In this document: piece by piece, positions 38,027 to 50,929 of the stretch
Position numbering within the stretch: the first letter of the stretch is position 1
Layout: each line of letters begins with the position of its first letter
Notes under the pieces: generated by a model
What the model was told of the DNA's origin: nothing
The model's database searches: none
The model's input: the letters and a program-made list of their open reading frames with translations, nothing else
Translations under genes and position numbers: made by a program
NCBI GenBank assembly: GCA_028534125.1
Contig: CM052817.1
Location: forward strand, 29,886,001 to 29,950,000
Direction: 5' to 3'
Source of the DNA: Lama glama
Lineage: Eukaryota
Length of the DNA: 64,000 nt

Positions 38027-38729
38027 TGTTACTATTATCTCCCTAGCTAACTACTGCTCATTAGGGAAGATTGAGAGCAATGATCACTTCCTCCCAGAGC
38101 CTCCCCTATCCCCTTACCTTCTCCTTTTTGTGACTAAATTCAGTTTCACCTCTCTCTTTCCTGCTACAGTGTATATATCTCTATTAGGCCTTAATCATGT
38201 GTATTCGCTGTTTATTTCCAGCCTTTGAAACACCTTTTTCAAGCTCATGCTCTTTATTTCTGTAATTCTAGCATTTATCACATATTTCATTATGCTAACA
38301 TATCAAAATTATATTAAAAGTGTCAGTAGCAATAGCAGCACAGAAATTTTCTTCTCCCATTGCCATCTGTTTCACATCCACCCTGGGAGTCTACCCAGAA
38401 ACAATCTCCAGCTCAGTTCGTAGGCTTCTCACTCTGCACTGAGGGACTGCCTGTCGAGCCACTTGGGATGCAGGGACATGGCAAGGAGCAGCCCAGGCAG
38501 CTGCACTAAATGAAGAGAAAGGGACAATGAAAAGGATATTGACCCTGCCCTTAGAGTTGTCTGCACAGCAGTCCTCCAGAATGGAATTGCTATTTTCAAA
38601 AAGTAATTTTCCAGGAGTAATGCAAGCAGAGGGAGCTCAACATTTCTCATACAGTAGTGCCGTACTGCCGTATGGCGTGAGGCAAACCCAGCAACCCTGC
38701 ATGGATTTCATTCTTAAAAGAAGAAAACG

Positions 38730-38855
38730 TGAAAGAAAGAACTCAAGAACACAAGAAAAGAAGGGAAAGAAGGAAGAAGGAAGGAAAGAAGGAAGAAAGA
38801 AAAAAGTAGGGGGGAGGGAGAAAGAATAAAGAAAGCAAGAGAAAGAGAGAAAAAT
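38730..38855. repeat. GA-rich low-complexity / (GGAA)n-like tract
   Basis: Direct reading. Confidence 0.9.
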
Positions 38856-38934
38856 ACATTTCAAATTAACAGAATAAAAAAGGACTTTTTAAATCATGTG
38901 TGCATTTATCTCACCACCAACACAAATGTATTAT

Positions 38935-39170
38935 CATGGCCAGAGACTAGGCTCTTGAATCATTAAAAACTTGGTTTGAATCTCAGACATTTATTGTCTA
39001 TGTGACTTTTAGCAAGTTGCCTTCCTCACTATACCTCGGTTTTTTCACCATAAAATTGAGATTTAAGTATAGTGTCTATTTTATAGAATTGTGAAGAGTT
39101 AACAAAGTAATGTACATAATTATTTGACATATGTTAATCTTAGAATGTAGTAAATGAAGGTACATTACTA
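38935..39170 (+). mobile_element. MIR SINE
   Basis: 'ggtttgaatctcagacatttattgtctatgtgacttttagcaagttgccttcctcactatacctcggttttttcaccataaaattgaga'. Confidence 0.8.
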
Positions 39171-39399
39171 AGTGAAAGAGACAATGTTAAGTTCAGAATT
39201 AGGTGTGTTATGTATATTTAAAAAAATAAGCATCTTGGATGAGAATCTCTTCAGAGATCATTATTCAAAGGAGATTTCAAAATAATGATTTTTAGCATCC
39301 TAACTATTATTTTAACTTATTATGTACAATTGTAATTCTTATTTTAGAAAATGTAAACATCAAAGAATTTAAATTCAAATTTGGTAAATGACTCTTTGG

Positions 39400-40272
39400 C
39401 TACTGTGGAACATCATATATAAGGCCATAAATTTAGAAGTTTAAATGGGAAAGGTGTTTCTTTCTCTCTTAACTAACTCTGTTAGGGTTCCAAAAGTGAT
39501 GTGAAAACTTCACAGTGCTGGAGATCCAGGTTCTCTCAACTTTGTGTTCTGTCTTTCATAGGATGTTGCCTCTATTCAGTCAGTCATTAGTCAGGAGACA
39601 AGCTATTATATATTAACAAATTATCCCTTAGCTCTCAGGGGCTAAATGTAAGAAAAGGTTATTTTCTGCTTGCTCTGTAGCATATCATCAGCAGAAAGCT
39701 CTGCTCCACAAAGTCACTCGGGGACATGGGATGATGGAGACTCAAGGATCTTACAGCATCAACAAAGGGAGTATGGAGCTTTGCTGGTCACCACTGCAGA
39801 GGAAGAGAGACTGCAGATTAGCACCTGTTCTCTTCCCTGCCTGAGCCAGGAGGTGTTAGAGGTCACTTCCACTCACAATTCTCTGAACAGAAGTAGTCAT
39901 TTGGCCTTACCTACGTACATGGGTTGGGGATATGTTGAAAATACGTAGAATGTCTGGTGAGCATTACTGTCTCTGTTGCAGCCTACATTTTCTACATTTA
40001 CCACTAGAGCTTCTTTCAGCCAGAAGAAGGAGATAAAGAGGCAAGTGAAGGGTATTCTCCTTTCCACCAAAGACAGGACCTGAGAAGTGTGCACTCACTT
40101 CTGTTCTCAAGCCATGGGCCAAACTTAGTGAGGTGGCTCTACCCTCCGGCAAGGAAGACTAGGGAATATGGTCTTTATTATGACAATCATGTACTTTGCT
40201 AATATTTAGGGGTTCTATTACTAAAAAAGGAGTAAACAAATATTGAGAGAGAAACTACAACCTCAGCCACAT
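39400..40272 (-). mobile_element. Nested MaLR LTRs: MLT1I/H-like (~39583-39980) inside MLT1J/K-like
   Basis: Two MLT1-type blocks, 'tcacttccactcacaattctctgaacagaagtagtcatttggcc' and 'tcacttctgttctcaagccatgggccaaacttagt...ggttctattactaaaaaaggagtaaacaaatattg...cagccaca'. Confidence 0.7.
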
Positions 40273-41449
40273 TTGTGGACAAAATTATATAATACAAGGA
40301 TCATTTCATATTTAGGGAAATTGTTTGAATTCTGGATTCTGATATAAATGAAGATTCAGAATTCAAAGGAATCTTGAAGCACTTACTCTGTGTCACCAAA
40401 ATATACTTTTTAAATTAATAAGCAGTCTACCAATCTATTGAAATCTCATTGATCCTTCTACACACAAGGAATTTTTTTCTGAATTACCTAGGCAGCTAGA
40501 AGGCTTCTAATGACAAGAAAACTTATAGGATATTGGTGAACTAAGGTTGAATACAAATCAAAGAAAGGTGAAATACAGATTTTATGATTCATGGCTTATC
40601 TTTCTGTGCAGTTACATGAGGAGAAACAAGTCATTCATTAACATTGTTCGGCAGAGTTTTCATGGCTTCTTATCTCTTTCAAGAAAGGCTCAGTTCTTTG
40701 AAAGACACACTTTTGACATTTCCAAGAACTAATGTTCCAGTCTTGTAAACATATGAAAATCAAGTTAAGAGATACAGTTGCTAGTTATTATTTTTCCTTT
40801 TTGATATTATTTTTAAAAAACACAAAACAATCATTGCCAAAAAGTGTTATGCCCAGTCGAAACTCATCCTTAGATGTCATTTAAAAATAATCTTTACCAT
40901 TGGCCACCGAAGGGTTGCATAAAAGCTAATTGGTGGAAATTATAGTATCACACTGACCTTTACGACCTGAAATAATACTTCAGGCAATGAATGTTTTCTT
41001 CAGTAAATCCACCTGACTATCAAACAGAGCTATTTTTTTCCAGTTATAAATGACTTCCTTGCAGATTGATTTTCAGTATACTGGCTTTCTTCAGAATGTC
41101 ACCTATCTTCAGATCATGAATACATTAGAAATGTGTGCTGATTAACAAAAATATTATTATATAATAATTATAAGGCAAAGTACAGAAATAGGGAATTATT
41201 GCATCCAGGTGTTGGACCCAGTTTACGTAATTCTGCAGGTTTGCTCATGTGTCAGTTTCTGCTCTATGTTTGTGATGAATCTCCAAGAAGATCATCTAGA
41301 ATTATCTTCATTCTAGTAGGTTTAATTTCATTAAATGGAAGTCGTTTTGAGCCCTGATGCCACGTCGTGGTGCTCAGGGTAATCTCCCTCCTTGGGTAGC
41401 AGACTCTCAGGCTGGGGCTCCTGATCTGCCATGTTGTTCATTGACATAA

Positions 41450-41916
41450 GTAGGCAGCGCTTCACCTCATACCTTTACCTACACCAGTTGCCTTCTACCA
41501 TGAGTTCTTCTATTGTCACTGAGTCACAAGGCACCACGGGATCTTTTGGAGGCTGCCTCTGAACTTTGAGATCAGCTTCCCTCGAAGATGTCCCATTAGA
41601 ATGAACTGAAAATCCTGGAACTCCAGCTGTAAGAGCCCCATGGAGGAATTTGGCCAGTGGGAGATTAAAAAAACAAAGACACTTTCTCCAGCATGATGGT
41701 TCTTTCAGATACCACTCACACTAAGCAACTGGCTGTGCTTGTTACTTGGCTTTAGCCAGCTCAGAAATGTACCCTCTTATATGGGGGTCTTCTTCCATCC
41801 TCAGCTCACTTTCCATTATTCCTTGTTTTTTCTGAGATCTCAATTTCACTCACCCTTAAATTGTTCTAAGGTTTTGCTTGTACAGTCCTGATTTTTAGAG
41901 AATCTGGGCTAAGACA
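41450..41916 (+). mobile_element. ERVL-type LTR relic (LTR16/LTR33 group)
   Basis: 3' end 'cctgatttttagagaatctgggctaagaca' and internal 'ggaatttggccagtgggaga'. Confidence 0.5.
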
Positions 41917-43049
41917 TCCGTAAGTTAAATATTCTGAAGGGGTCAAGAACAATTATATTTATCTTCCATTCTTCTTACATCCCTTCCTCTTTCCTTTTAA
42001 TTATTCCTTTTTTTTCTTGTTAAGATTTTATAAGTAATATTTAGACCATTCTATGGAATTATCAAGAGCCAAAACAAGTTGACATACATTTGGAAGAAAT
42101 GTAAATTATTTTACATTTCCTCTAAATGGAGCTAATATCTTTAATGACCTTCAAAGTAATATATTTTATTACCCTCAACAGAGAAAAGCATATAAAGATC
42201 ACTTAGGAAAGTTCAGACAAATTTTAGAGTATTACTCATGGGGTAACACTGGTTACATGGTCTTGGCAGACATAAGAAGTTATAATTAATATATTTAACA
42301 CACTAATCTGCATTGGGACTTTTAAAATTTGATTTTAGCTATAGGAATTTGGCTGCAAAAGTATAAAATGTAATTTTAAAGACTGAACAAGCATCAGCAT
42401 TTACCTAATTCTAACTTTAATTATTATATAAGGCACATAGGTCTCAGAAAGATGAAGGGAGTTTTGAAGACACTTTGTCTCTTAAGTTCAGAGACTTGAC
42501 TAAGACAAAGACCGAAGACTTTAAGTCACTTATAGCTGGTTTGCTATATGCTTCAGATTAATATTCTTTCTAACTTGAGGTTTTTTGAACCAGAACTAGA
42601 AGGGGGAAATTTAGAAATAAACAATAAAAAATCTAAGGAACTGAACACTAGACTTTGACAAATCACTTTAAAATGACAGATTTTATTTATTTCTGTTTTT
42701 ACAGAAAAGGCCCACACACTGTTTTTTAACTATGTACTACAGAAGAGAAGGTTGTGGATTCTAAATTATTTACATTCATGTCTTTCTAGAGGGAATGGTT
42801 TTAACTTTTAGAGAATGAGGTTAGTGGCAGTACTTGAGATTTTCTGACTTACGCTACTCTGGAATATGTTGGGAAAGTACGATTTTTAACCCATACTTGT
42901 ACTCTGAGTGAGAGATGGTTTTCAGCAAATCTGCCATGTGTAGATACTAAATCAAGCAATTAGAAACAACAAATTTCTGTTTGTGTTTGTGTGTTCTCTA
43001 GCTGTGATGAATATGTGCAACATTAGCAATATTTTAATTTAATTTTGCT

Positions 43050-45060
43050 CATTTTTCTTTATAAAACTAATGTTTTATTTGAAAAGCAGATCATAGAAAT
43101 AAATGAAAAACAGACAACATAATTAAGTAAAAAGGTAGAAATAATACTAGTTTCTCACAACCCAGAATTAAACAATATTAAAATTTTGGAGTTTTATCTT
43201 TCCAGACATTTTTATTCATTTTTACAAATAAGAGGTCTTTCCATAAACACAATTGTTATCTTGAATATATTCTTTAAAATATCTAGAGTACGTATCTCCA
43301 AGTCTGAATATTCTTCCATAAACTCATTCTAAATGTTTCAGAAATATTTCATTATATACACTATACTAAAATAAAGAGTAGAAACGGAAAAATAAAATAT
43401 AAATAATTTTAAAAATTAGAAATTTATCACAAGGCTCAGAAAATTCCTGTTAAACTGGCAGATTTTATTTATTTCCACTGTATATACAAAAAAAATTAAC
43501 TGATTTGCTTTTTTGATAAGTCAATAAAAGGATGTATACATATGCAAGACTTGTAATATATCAATCTCTATAAAATTGATAGTGACAATAAAAGCCATTA
43601 ATATTGATTTCATGCTTATCAAGGGCCACTTATAACATCCATCAAAGATAGATGTTTTCATTTCACTTTACAGAAAAAGAATAGAGAATCTTCCATTGAA
43701 GTAACTAGCTATCTAGTACAAAGGTGGTTTATTGTGCCTTAAAATTTTTATGTAAAGTCAGGTTTAATTACATACACTTCTGTGTGTAATATGTATATAT
43801 CCCCAAAATCCACTTGTTTTAAGTATATAATTTGAGAAGATTTTATAAATGTATACAAGTTGTATAAACACCACCATATCGGTATATAGAGCATTTCCAT
43901 CACCCCTAAATGTTCCACTGTCCCACTTTAAAGTGAATCCCAGCTCCAGCAACAACTGATAGGCAGAGTCCACAGATAGTTTTACACTTTCAGAATGCCA
44001 TGTAAATAGAATTGCACAGTGTGCAGTTTTTTTTGTGTTTGGACTCTTTACTTAGCATAATGCAATCAAACCCTCCATGTTGTTACACATATCAGTAGTT
44101 CATTACTTTACATTACATGATACTCAGTTTACTTATCCATTTAACATTTGATGATTTGATGGAGTTTGTTTACAGCTTTTGATGATTATTAACAAAGTTT
44201 GACATTTTTGTAGTCTACCTTAAAGTAGTAGTATACTATTTTCTGTATAGAATAGAAAGCTTGCAGCAGTATATTTACACTTATTCCTTCCCATCCTTTA
44301 TACTATTATTCTTGTACATTTTATTTGTAAAATGCTATAAACCTCATGATACTGTGTTAATATGTTTATACAACTATAAATTATATTTAAAGAAATTAAG
44401 AAAAATAAAAAATCTTTATATTTACACTTACTTCCAGTATTTTCAGTGCTCTTTAGTTTTTGTGTAGATCCAAATTTCCATCCAGCCTCCTTTTCTTCTG
44501 CCTGAAGTACTTCCTTTAATATTTCCTTGAGTGAAGGTATGCAGGCAATAGATTCTCTTAGTATTTATTCTGTCTTGATTTTTGAACTTACTCTCACTCA
44601 TTATTGACTTCTGTGTTGAGAATGTACTTTTATCCTACTATTTTAAATATCTTTTACCATTATCTTCTGGCTTTCATAGTTTCTGAAGTCTCCTGTAACG
44701 CATTATTTCTCTCTCTCTAATGTTTCTTCCTTTTTCTGGCCTTTTTCAACATTTTCTCTTTATCTTTGGTGTTAAGTACTTGGATTATGACATGTCTAAG
44801 TGTCTCTTTCTTTGTGTTTTTCTGTCTTGGATTTCTCTGCGGTCTAATAATTGTGGTTTCTTTCTTCTTATTAATTTAAAAAATGGTCATTGTCTTTTCA
44901 AGTAGTTATTCTGACTAGCGGTTTTCACACTCCTCAGACTCCGATGACTGTTTTATGTTAAAACATTGGTTCTGACAGACCTCTTTTCAAGCTCACTTAT
45001 TTTACCGCTTCTGCTGTGTCCAGTCTCTCATATGCCCATTGAAGAAATTCTTACTCTGAT
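43050..45060 (-). mobile_element. Cluster of antisense L1 relics (L1ME-like ~43050-43350; L1MB/MC 3'UTR ~43770-44200; older L1M ~44200-45060) with a MIR at ~43600-43740
   Basis: 'agagcatttccatcacccctaaatgttcc...ttcagaatgccatgtaaatagaattgcacagt...ttacttagcataatgc' and 'ttctgcctgaagtacttcctttaatatttccttgagtgaaggtatgcaggcaatagattctcttag'. Confidence 0.8.
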
Positions 45061-45329
45061 AACAACACAAATTAACTGGCTCCATAATACTCTTAGAAAA
45101 GATTTGTTCATAAGATGAAATCAAGCAAAATATTAACACCTTTAAACATGAAGAAAATACAGCTTTTGTCATGTTTAAGCTTGTCCCAGCTTTTTTGGTA
45201 GATTTGTTTTTATGAATGATAAAATTCTCTATGTCAGTTTCATTTTTTAAAGCCCCTTTAGAGGAAGTACACTATATTGAGAAAGCAAGTCTTCTAAACT
45301 CTCTTTTTAGACCAAAACAAAAGCCTTAT

Positions 45330-45832
45330 AAATTATATTCTATTGGAATATAAATTCTGAAATAATAATAGATATACAAGGTATTTGAAAATTTATAAAT
45401 TTTTGAAAAAATATATAATATCATGAAGCAAGGTAACAAAGTACACTTACTTCGTGTTATATTTTCGAAAGAAAGTAACTATTTATTGGACAATCATGTG
45501 GTTATAGAGATTATAGCAGGTATAACCAAAAATAGCCTTGTAAGAAATAGACGATCAAGCTGAGATGATCTTTAAATAGGAATATATATTGACCCAAATC
45601 TACATCTAGTAATTCTGAAAAGCACAATATACAAGCACATATTTCATTAATCATCAGCAATGATGTCACTACATTACATATTTGTAGAAAAACTCCACTC
45701 GAGGACCAGAGTAGGACTTAAAAAAGTAAAGTATGCTTTAGTATTATTATAATTTTTGTTAACAAGACAGAGCCCACAAAACAGTCTTGGTGATCCCCAG
45801 GGGTCTATGGACCACACTTTGAACACCACTGC
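45330..45832. mobile_element. hAT-Charlie DNA transposon terminal fragment
   Basis: Charlie-type end 'ccccaggggtctatggaccacactttgaacaccactg'. Confidence 0.65.
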
Positions 45833-46179
45833 ATTAGTGTTCTGTTTTTGCTATTTTACAATATTATCACTTTTAAAAACCAATTCCTAGTTGCCATGAT
45901 CCATATTACATTTTCTCAGCTAAAATAACTGATAGGATTCTTCCTGATTTACACAAGTCCATGAGAGCACTCTGAAGGGCAGATGCCGTTTTACTTGTTT
46001 CCTCAGAATAAAGCCATTGTCTACGGCTGTAGTCTCAACATCCTAGATATCAAATTTGGTTGGATTTAGATCATACAGAAATCTCCTGCACAGGCTTGTC
46101 AAGAGCTTAATCTGCAAATTTTCCTTCACTCAGTTTCTATCATAGACCCCATGAGTGAGTATTTCAAAGTAGTAATATT

Positions 46180-47065
46180 TGTTCAGAGAAAGTGGAGTTA
46201 AGCAGCAGACTAAGTATCTGACTACAACTTAATGTATTTTATTTCTATCAGCCTCAGTGTACTAATTTGTGTTGTGGGAATAGTACTGCCACATCTTGAC
46301 CATAAATATTTTGAGTTAAATGTGCTAATATATTGAAACAGTTTCATAATTTTCAGAACTTCACAATGCTACAGTGGTTAGTTATGATTTTTGCCCATTT
46401 TTTACTACTAATAATTGCACCAATGTAATTAATGTAATTCATTAATGTAAAAGAAATGAAATATTCATTAAAAGTTAAATATTTATTCAAATATGTCATA
46501 CAGATAAATCAAATAGTTGATTGGTTAAAAATAAATGTTCACGCCTTTTTGATGTCACATTAGCCCATCTTCACAGTGAAGCAGCATCTATTAACTCAGT
46601 GAACTCTTCCCATGCACCTCCTAAAAGTCTACCACACATCTGAATTTGATCACGGTGCTTACAGCACTGAGAACCTCTCCAGAGATGTGGGATGATGTCA
46701 AATATTTTATTTTTGGCTATCTAGGCTTTTTACTTATTGAGTTTAAGAGATATTTTTGAGGAAAAAACAGTGTATGTAACAAATGTGAATAAATGATTTC
46801 CCCCTTGAAAGTAATAGAAATTGCTAATTTTAAACTTTTACTATATGGCCAACATGTGCTAAGAATTTGAAATGAATTATCTCACTTACTCCTCAGATGA
46901 GGTAATTATATAAATACATAATTCTCATTTTATAGATAAGGCTATTCAGTCTCAGAAAAGCTATTTTTTTTCCAAAAATCAAACAAGTAGCTAGAATCTG
47001 TCAGATTTGCATACATTTCCAGAACCTGTATCACTCTACAATTCAAACTCTTGGTTATACACTGC
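46180..47065. mobile_element. Two MIR fragments (~46180-46350 +, ~46820-47065 -)
   Basis: 'cagcctcagtgtactaatttgtgttgtgggaatagtact' and 'attctcattttatagataaggctattcagtctcagaaaag'. Confidence 0.7.
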
Positions 47066-47549
47066 TTTTAATTAATAATAATAATGGTAATAATAACATT
47101 ATCTCTTTTCAGTGAGGGTGTTCTAAGTTCAGAATTAATTATACTACCCCTTCCTCTCTCAACATTTATAAATAGTAATTGATAGTATAATACTTAAAGC
47201 ATTGTATATACAATATATAAATCCTTGGGTTATTTTAGGGCAAAATTACTAAGATCATTTGTACTGCACTATTGTATTAACTTTACAACCTGGTTTTACT
47301 GCCAAAGACAGAATTTTTATCAGCAGAAAAATGGCATTTCAGAGAAAGCCTTTTATCTTTGGATAGAAAAATTTATAAAAACAGCTAAAAATGGCAATGT
47401 CCTCTTCTCTACTTTTAAATACATAATCCTAAAATTTGAGTATACTGAATGGTTTCAAGTAGTTTTCCATTGTTGAGAAAAAATGGACTCAATATTCCTT
47501 ACATTATATCAATTGAAAAATGTATTTCAATTTCCTCTACTAATAAGGA

Positions 47550-48476
47550 AATAGTTCATTATTCTTTGGAGAATGTAAACCAATCTGGCATAAGCAAAAA
47601 GAGGAATTGTCTGGCTCAGGTATCTAAGTCCAGAGGCAGGGCTGCCTTCAGGCACAGCTTGATACACTGGCGTAAATGAAAGCCTTAGCATCTGTTTTCT
47701 CCCTCCACTTGGCTCAACTTGACTCAATGTTTTGGCTTTACTCTCCACCAGGCTCAGAAAAAAACTAGCTGTAGGAGATCAAAACTTTATATTCTCTCAG
47801 CTTCAGTTTCCTTAAGATGAGGCAGTGATTGCTCCCACAGGATTCCCAGGGAAATCTTATTCTACCTTGTTGGTTTAAATTGAATATCAACTCTAAGCAC
47901 AAATCCATGGCAGGAGAATGTGAGTCACCAGCTGGCATAAGGTCACGACGCAGGATACACCTCTGTCTTCGGTCAGGTTCCCCAGGTTCCCTTGTAGATA
48001 AGTAAGGCAATATTCCTTGGAGAGAGCAGAAAGGAAGACAGGAAAGGGAAGGAAACCAAGCAAGGATGTGATTTCAGGCAGAGTCCAGAAAAGGGGGTAT
48101 GTTTCAAGAACTGTCCAAAAAGAGATGTCTTCATCCTTTTCCTGCACTTTTCAACTTACTCCTACGCTTTTCCATTACTGGTCTTGGATAAACATAAACT
48201 CCAGACCTCCTGTGCATGAGGGATCCAGAGTGGGTCCAGGGTCCTGAGGGCAGTTTTCTGAAGAGAAGTCTAAATACAGGCCACTGGAAGCAAAGGCACA
48301 TGGAAACCGGGCAGGGGCATACAGGAATTCAGAAGGATTGGAGCCACAGTGTTCCCTGCAATCCCCAAGGTCAGTGACAGCTAGGGCTCTAACCGTCGTG
48401 AAAACCAGGGTGCAGCTACCAGAGTACAGATGAAACAAATGCTGTGCAGCACACAAAAAAGAGATGTCCACGACAT
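47550..48476 (-). mobile_element. MLT1K-like MaLR LTR with a nested ERVL-type LTR relic (~47975-48440)
   Basis: 'aatctggcataagcaaaaagaggaattgtctggctcagg...ccttcaggcacagcttgat' and the terminal 'gatgtccacgaca'. Inner part 'aggaaagggaaggaaaccaagcaaggatgtgatttcaggcagagtcc'. Confidence 0.6.
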
Positions 48477-48589
48477 TCTCCAGATTAGATTTTTGAAATG
48501 AATCAAAATGCTTTTTAGTAAAATACTGGTTCATTGTTTAATATTAAAAATCTTGGTTTTATGTTTTAAAGGCAGTTTTAGTAAATTAA

Positions 48590-49560
48590 GCAGCTGGAGT
48601 GGAATGAGCATAAGATTTAGGGAGAAGTTCTGGTTTGGGCCTCTCATTTAGAGTGTAAATTCGGACAAATTGATTAACCTTTTTGAGCCCCAATTTACTT
48701 ACCTGCAATGTGAGAATTAAAATGAGACATCCGTCAGTAGTTGCAATGAAGACCAAATGAGGTAATAGATGAAAAAGACGTTTTGTAACTCTACCAGTTC
48801 TTGGAATGGTAATGAGTCCACCTTCCTCATTAGTTTGTAAATTTCGAAAGGCCAGGACCTTTCAACTATTCTCAGTGTTTAGCCTAAATCCTACACTTAA
48901 TTTTCACTCCTTGGAGATTTAATAAGAAAACATATATTTGGCAGGCAAGATTTTTCCTTTGGTAGCTGTATACTCATAGGCACTGTTGTCTTATACAAAT
49001 AGATTTTGCTTTAAAAGAAATATAATAAGCTATTTCAGATTTTAAAAGGCCATGCTGTATACTTTATAATGAGAAGAAACAATGACTATGAGGCAAGCTT
49101 CTTTTTGTCTTTTGTCTCCCCTGTCTTAATGCTCTGTAAATTTTTGTTTTGTTAAGCAGAAGTTAACTAGGCACAAATTCTAAACATCTGAAATAAATAT
49201 CTGCCTTTTGCTGTCAGAGTAGTCTGGTTCCTTCAGAAAATTTTTCTCATGTGTCTGGAAAGAAAGTATTAGTGCTTTTCAGAATTAAATGTGTCATCAA
49301 AATTTTCTTAAGAAGAGGTGGTAGATACGAGAAGGTTGGGGCAGAGAAAGAGAAAATTTTAGGTAAAAGGGATTCCAGGATACAAGCGTGGCTAATTGCC
49401 TAGACTTCAGAACCAGGCTACTCTGAGTTATTATTTCAGTTCTGTGCCTCAGTTGCCTCATCTGTAAAAGGGGACAATAATAGTATTGCGCTCATAGGTT
49501 GTGGTGAGTACTAATTGTTTTAATACATATAAATGTTTTATCAATGCACATGCCTTGTTT
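48590..49560 (+). mobile_element. Two MIR copies (~48590-48800, ~49375-49560)
   Basis: 'ggacaaattgattaacctttttgagccccaatttacttacctgcaatgtgag' and 'tctgtgcctcagttgcctcatctgtaaaagggacaataatagta'. Confidence 0.85.
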
Positions 49561-49649
49561 TACCCTATTAGATTTATCGTTTCCTTATGATTGCCAATGG
49601 ATAAAAGACACTCCAGACACTGTAGAGTATCCAGGAGTATTAATTGCAG

Positions 49650-50344
49650 AATTAGGGCAAATACTAATTAAAAATAGGAGTTTTAATTTTCCACATTGAA
49701 AATAAAGGAAAAGAATTCCCTCCACTCCCTTTTCTTAGACCATTTGGTTTAGAAAGTTTGGAAATTCTTTCTCTGTCTCTTTGAAACTCGTGTAAACCTT
49801 CTAAAAAGCTAAAGAAGTCTTTTGTTGGCTATATAAATACCCAGAAATGGCTTTCTCAAGGACGTGGAAACCATCTCATTGGAATGCAAGCATCCAAGGA
49901 AGATAGGGCCCTATCTCCCCGTTTCCGTGGGAGGATAGGAGCCTAACTTGCTAGCTTCGAGTTGCAAAGCTATCTTCTGTCATAAAGATATGAAAAGTTT
50001 ATCTTCCCTTGGAATAAAGCTACTTAACTAACACAGATGGTGACCTCAATTGCCAGGTGATCACAGGCGACACACTGCGTGTGATCAATAATGTCATGTC
50101 CTCCTACCTGAGGACTAGTTACTGTTTATCCTGTGAACATATGTGCAATGGGTTGTATTTACTTGGCTATAAAAGAAGCTGAGATTTCTTTCTGCCTTTG
50201 AAACCTCTTGGCAGATTGCCTGTGATACACATGCCATTCTGCTAATTCCTACACAGAAATAAACTATTTTCTTTCTCTACTTCGTTTATGAGGTTTGCTG
50301 GATTGATAGAAGATTTCTCTTTTCAGTTATATTTTGCTAAAACA
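49650..50344 (+). mobile_element. Solo ERV1 LTR, same family as 27733-28648
   Basis: TATA 'ctataaaag' ~50167, AATAAA ~50258 and terminal 'aaaca'; collinear with the first copy. Confidence 0.85.
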
Positions 50345-50929
50345 CCTTTCTCTTTATGTGTGGACTGAGAGATACTTGGGCATTTTTATCTATAGAGAAA
50401 AGAAGGGTGACACGGCCAGAGAAGTTCTTGATTCCCTCCTTACTCATGTTTTGATATTTTTTTCTTCCCTGCACATAGAGCAGTTGTCGTAAAGTCTGAC
50501 AAATGTAGGGTTTAGATAGACAGTCTTTCTTAAGTGCTGACGAAGAACTAAATCCATCAGAATCACTTGTTCTGCTGGTAAAAATGAAGGTTGGGAACCC
50601 ACTATATCATACTTTACCCCAAGTACCATTGACCTTCACTTATCAATCGTATGGATAGGTAACTTAACTGTCATGAGTTCCAGTTTAATCGTCATTAAAA
50701 CAGGGATGACAATACTTACTTCAGTGAGTTGCGATGCTTAGTAAACTTTCTGATGTAGTGTTAGTTTTTTTCCACTAATATTCCGTGTGGATTTGCTGTC
50801 CTTGTCATTATTCTTTTTGTTTCAGTCTCCGTAATCTGTGAGTATCACCCAATTTCTTGGTTCTGTTAAAGATATGTGTTTGCAATTTCTGATTGTGACT
50901 ATTCTAGGTAACACCAAAACTATCAATTA

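Noticed and set aside
38527..38864. Lys/Glu/Arg-rich and Phe/Ser-rich ORFs
   Set aside because: Produced by the GA-rich low-complexity tract.
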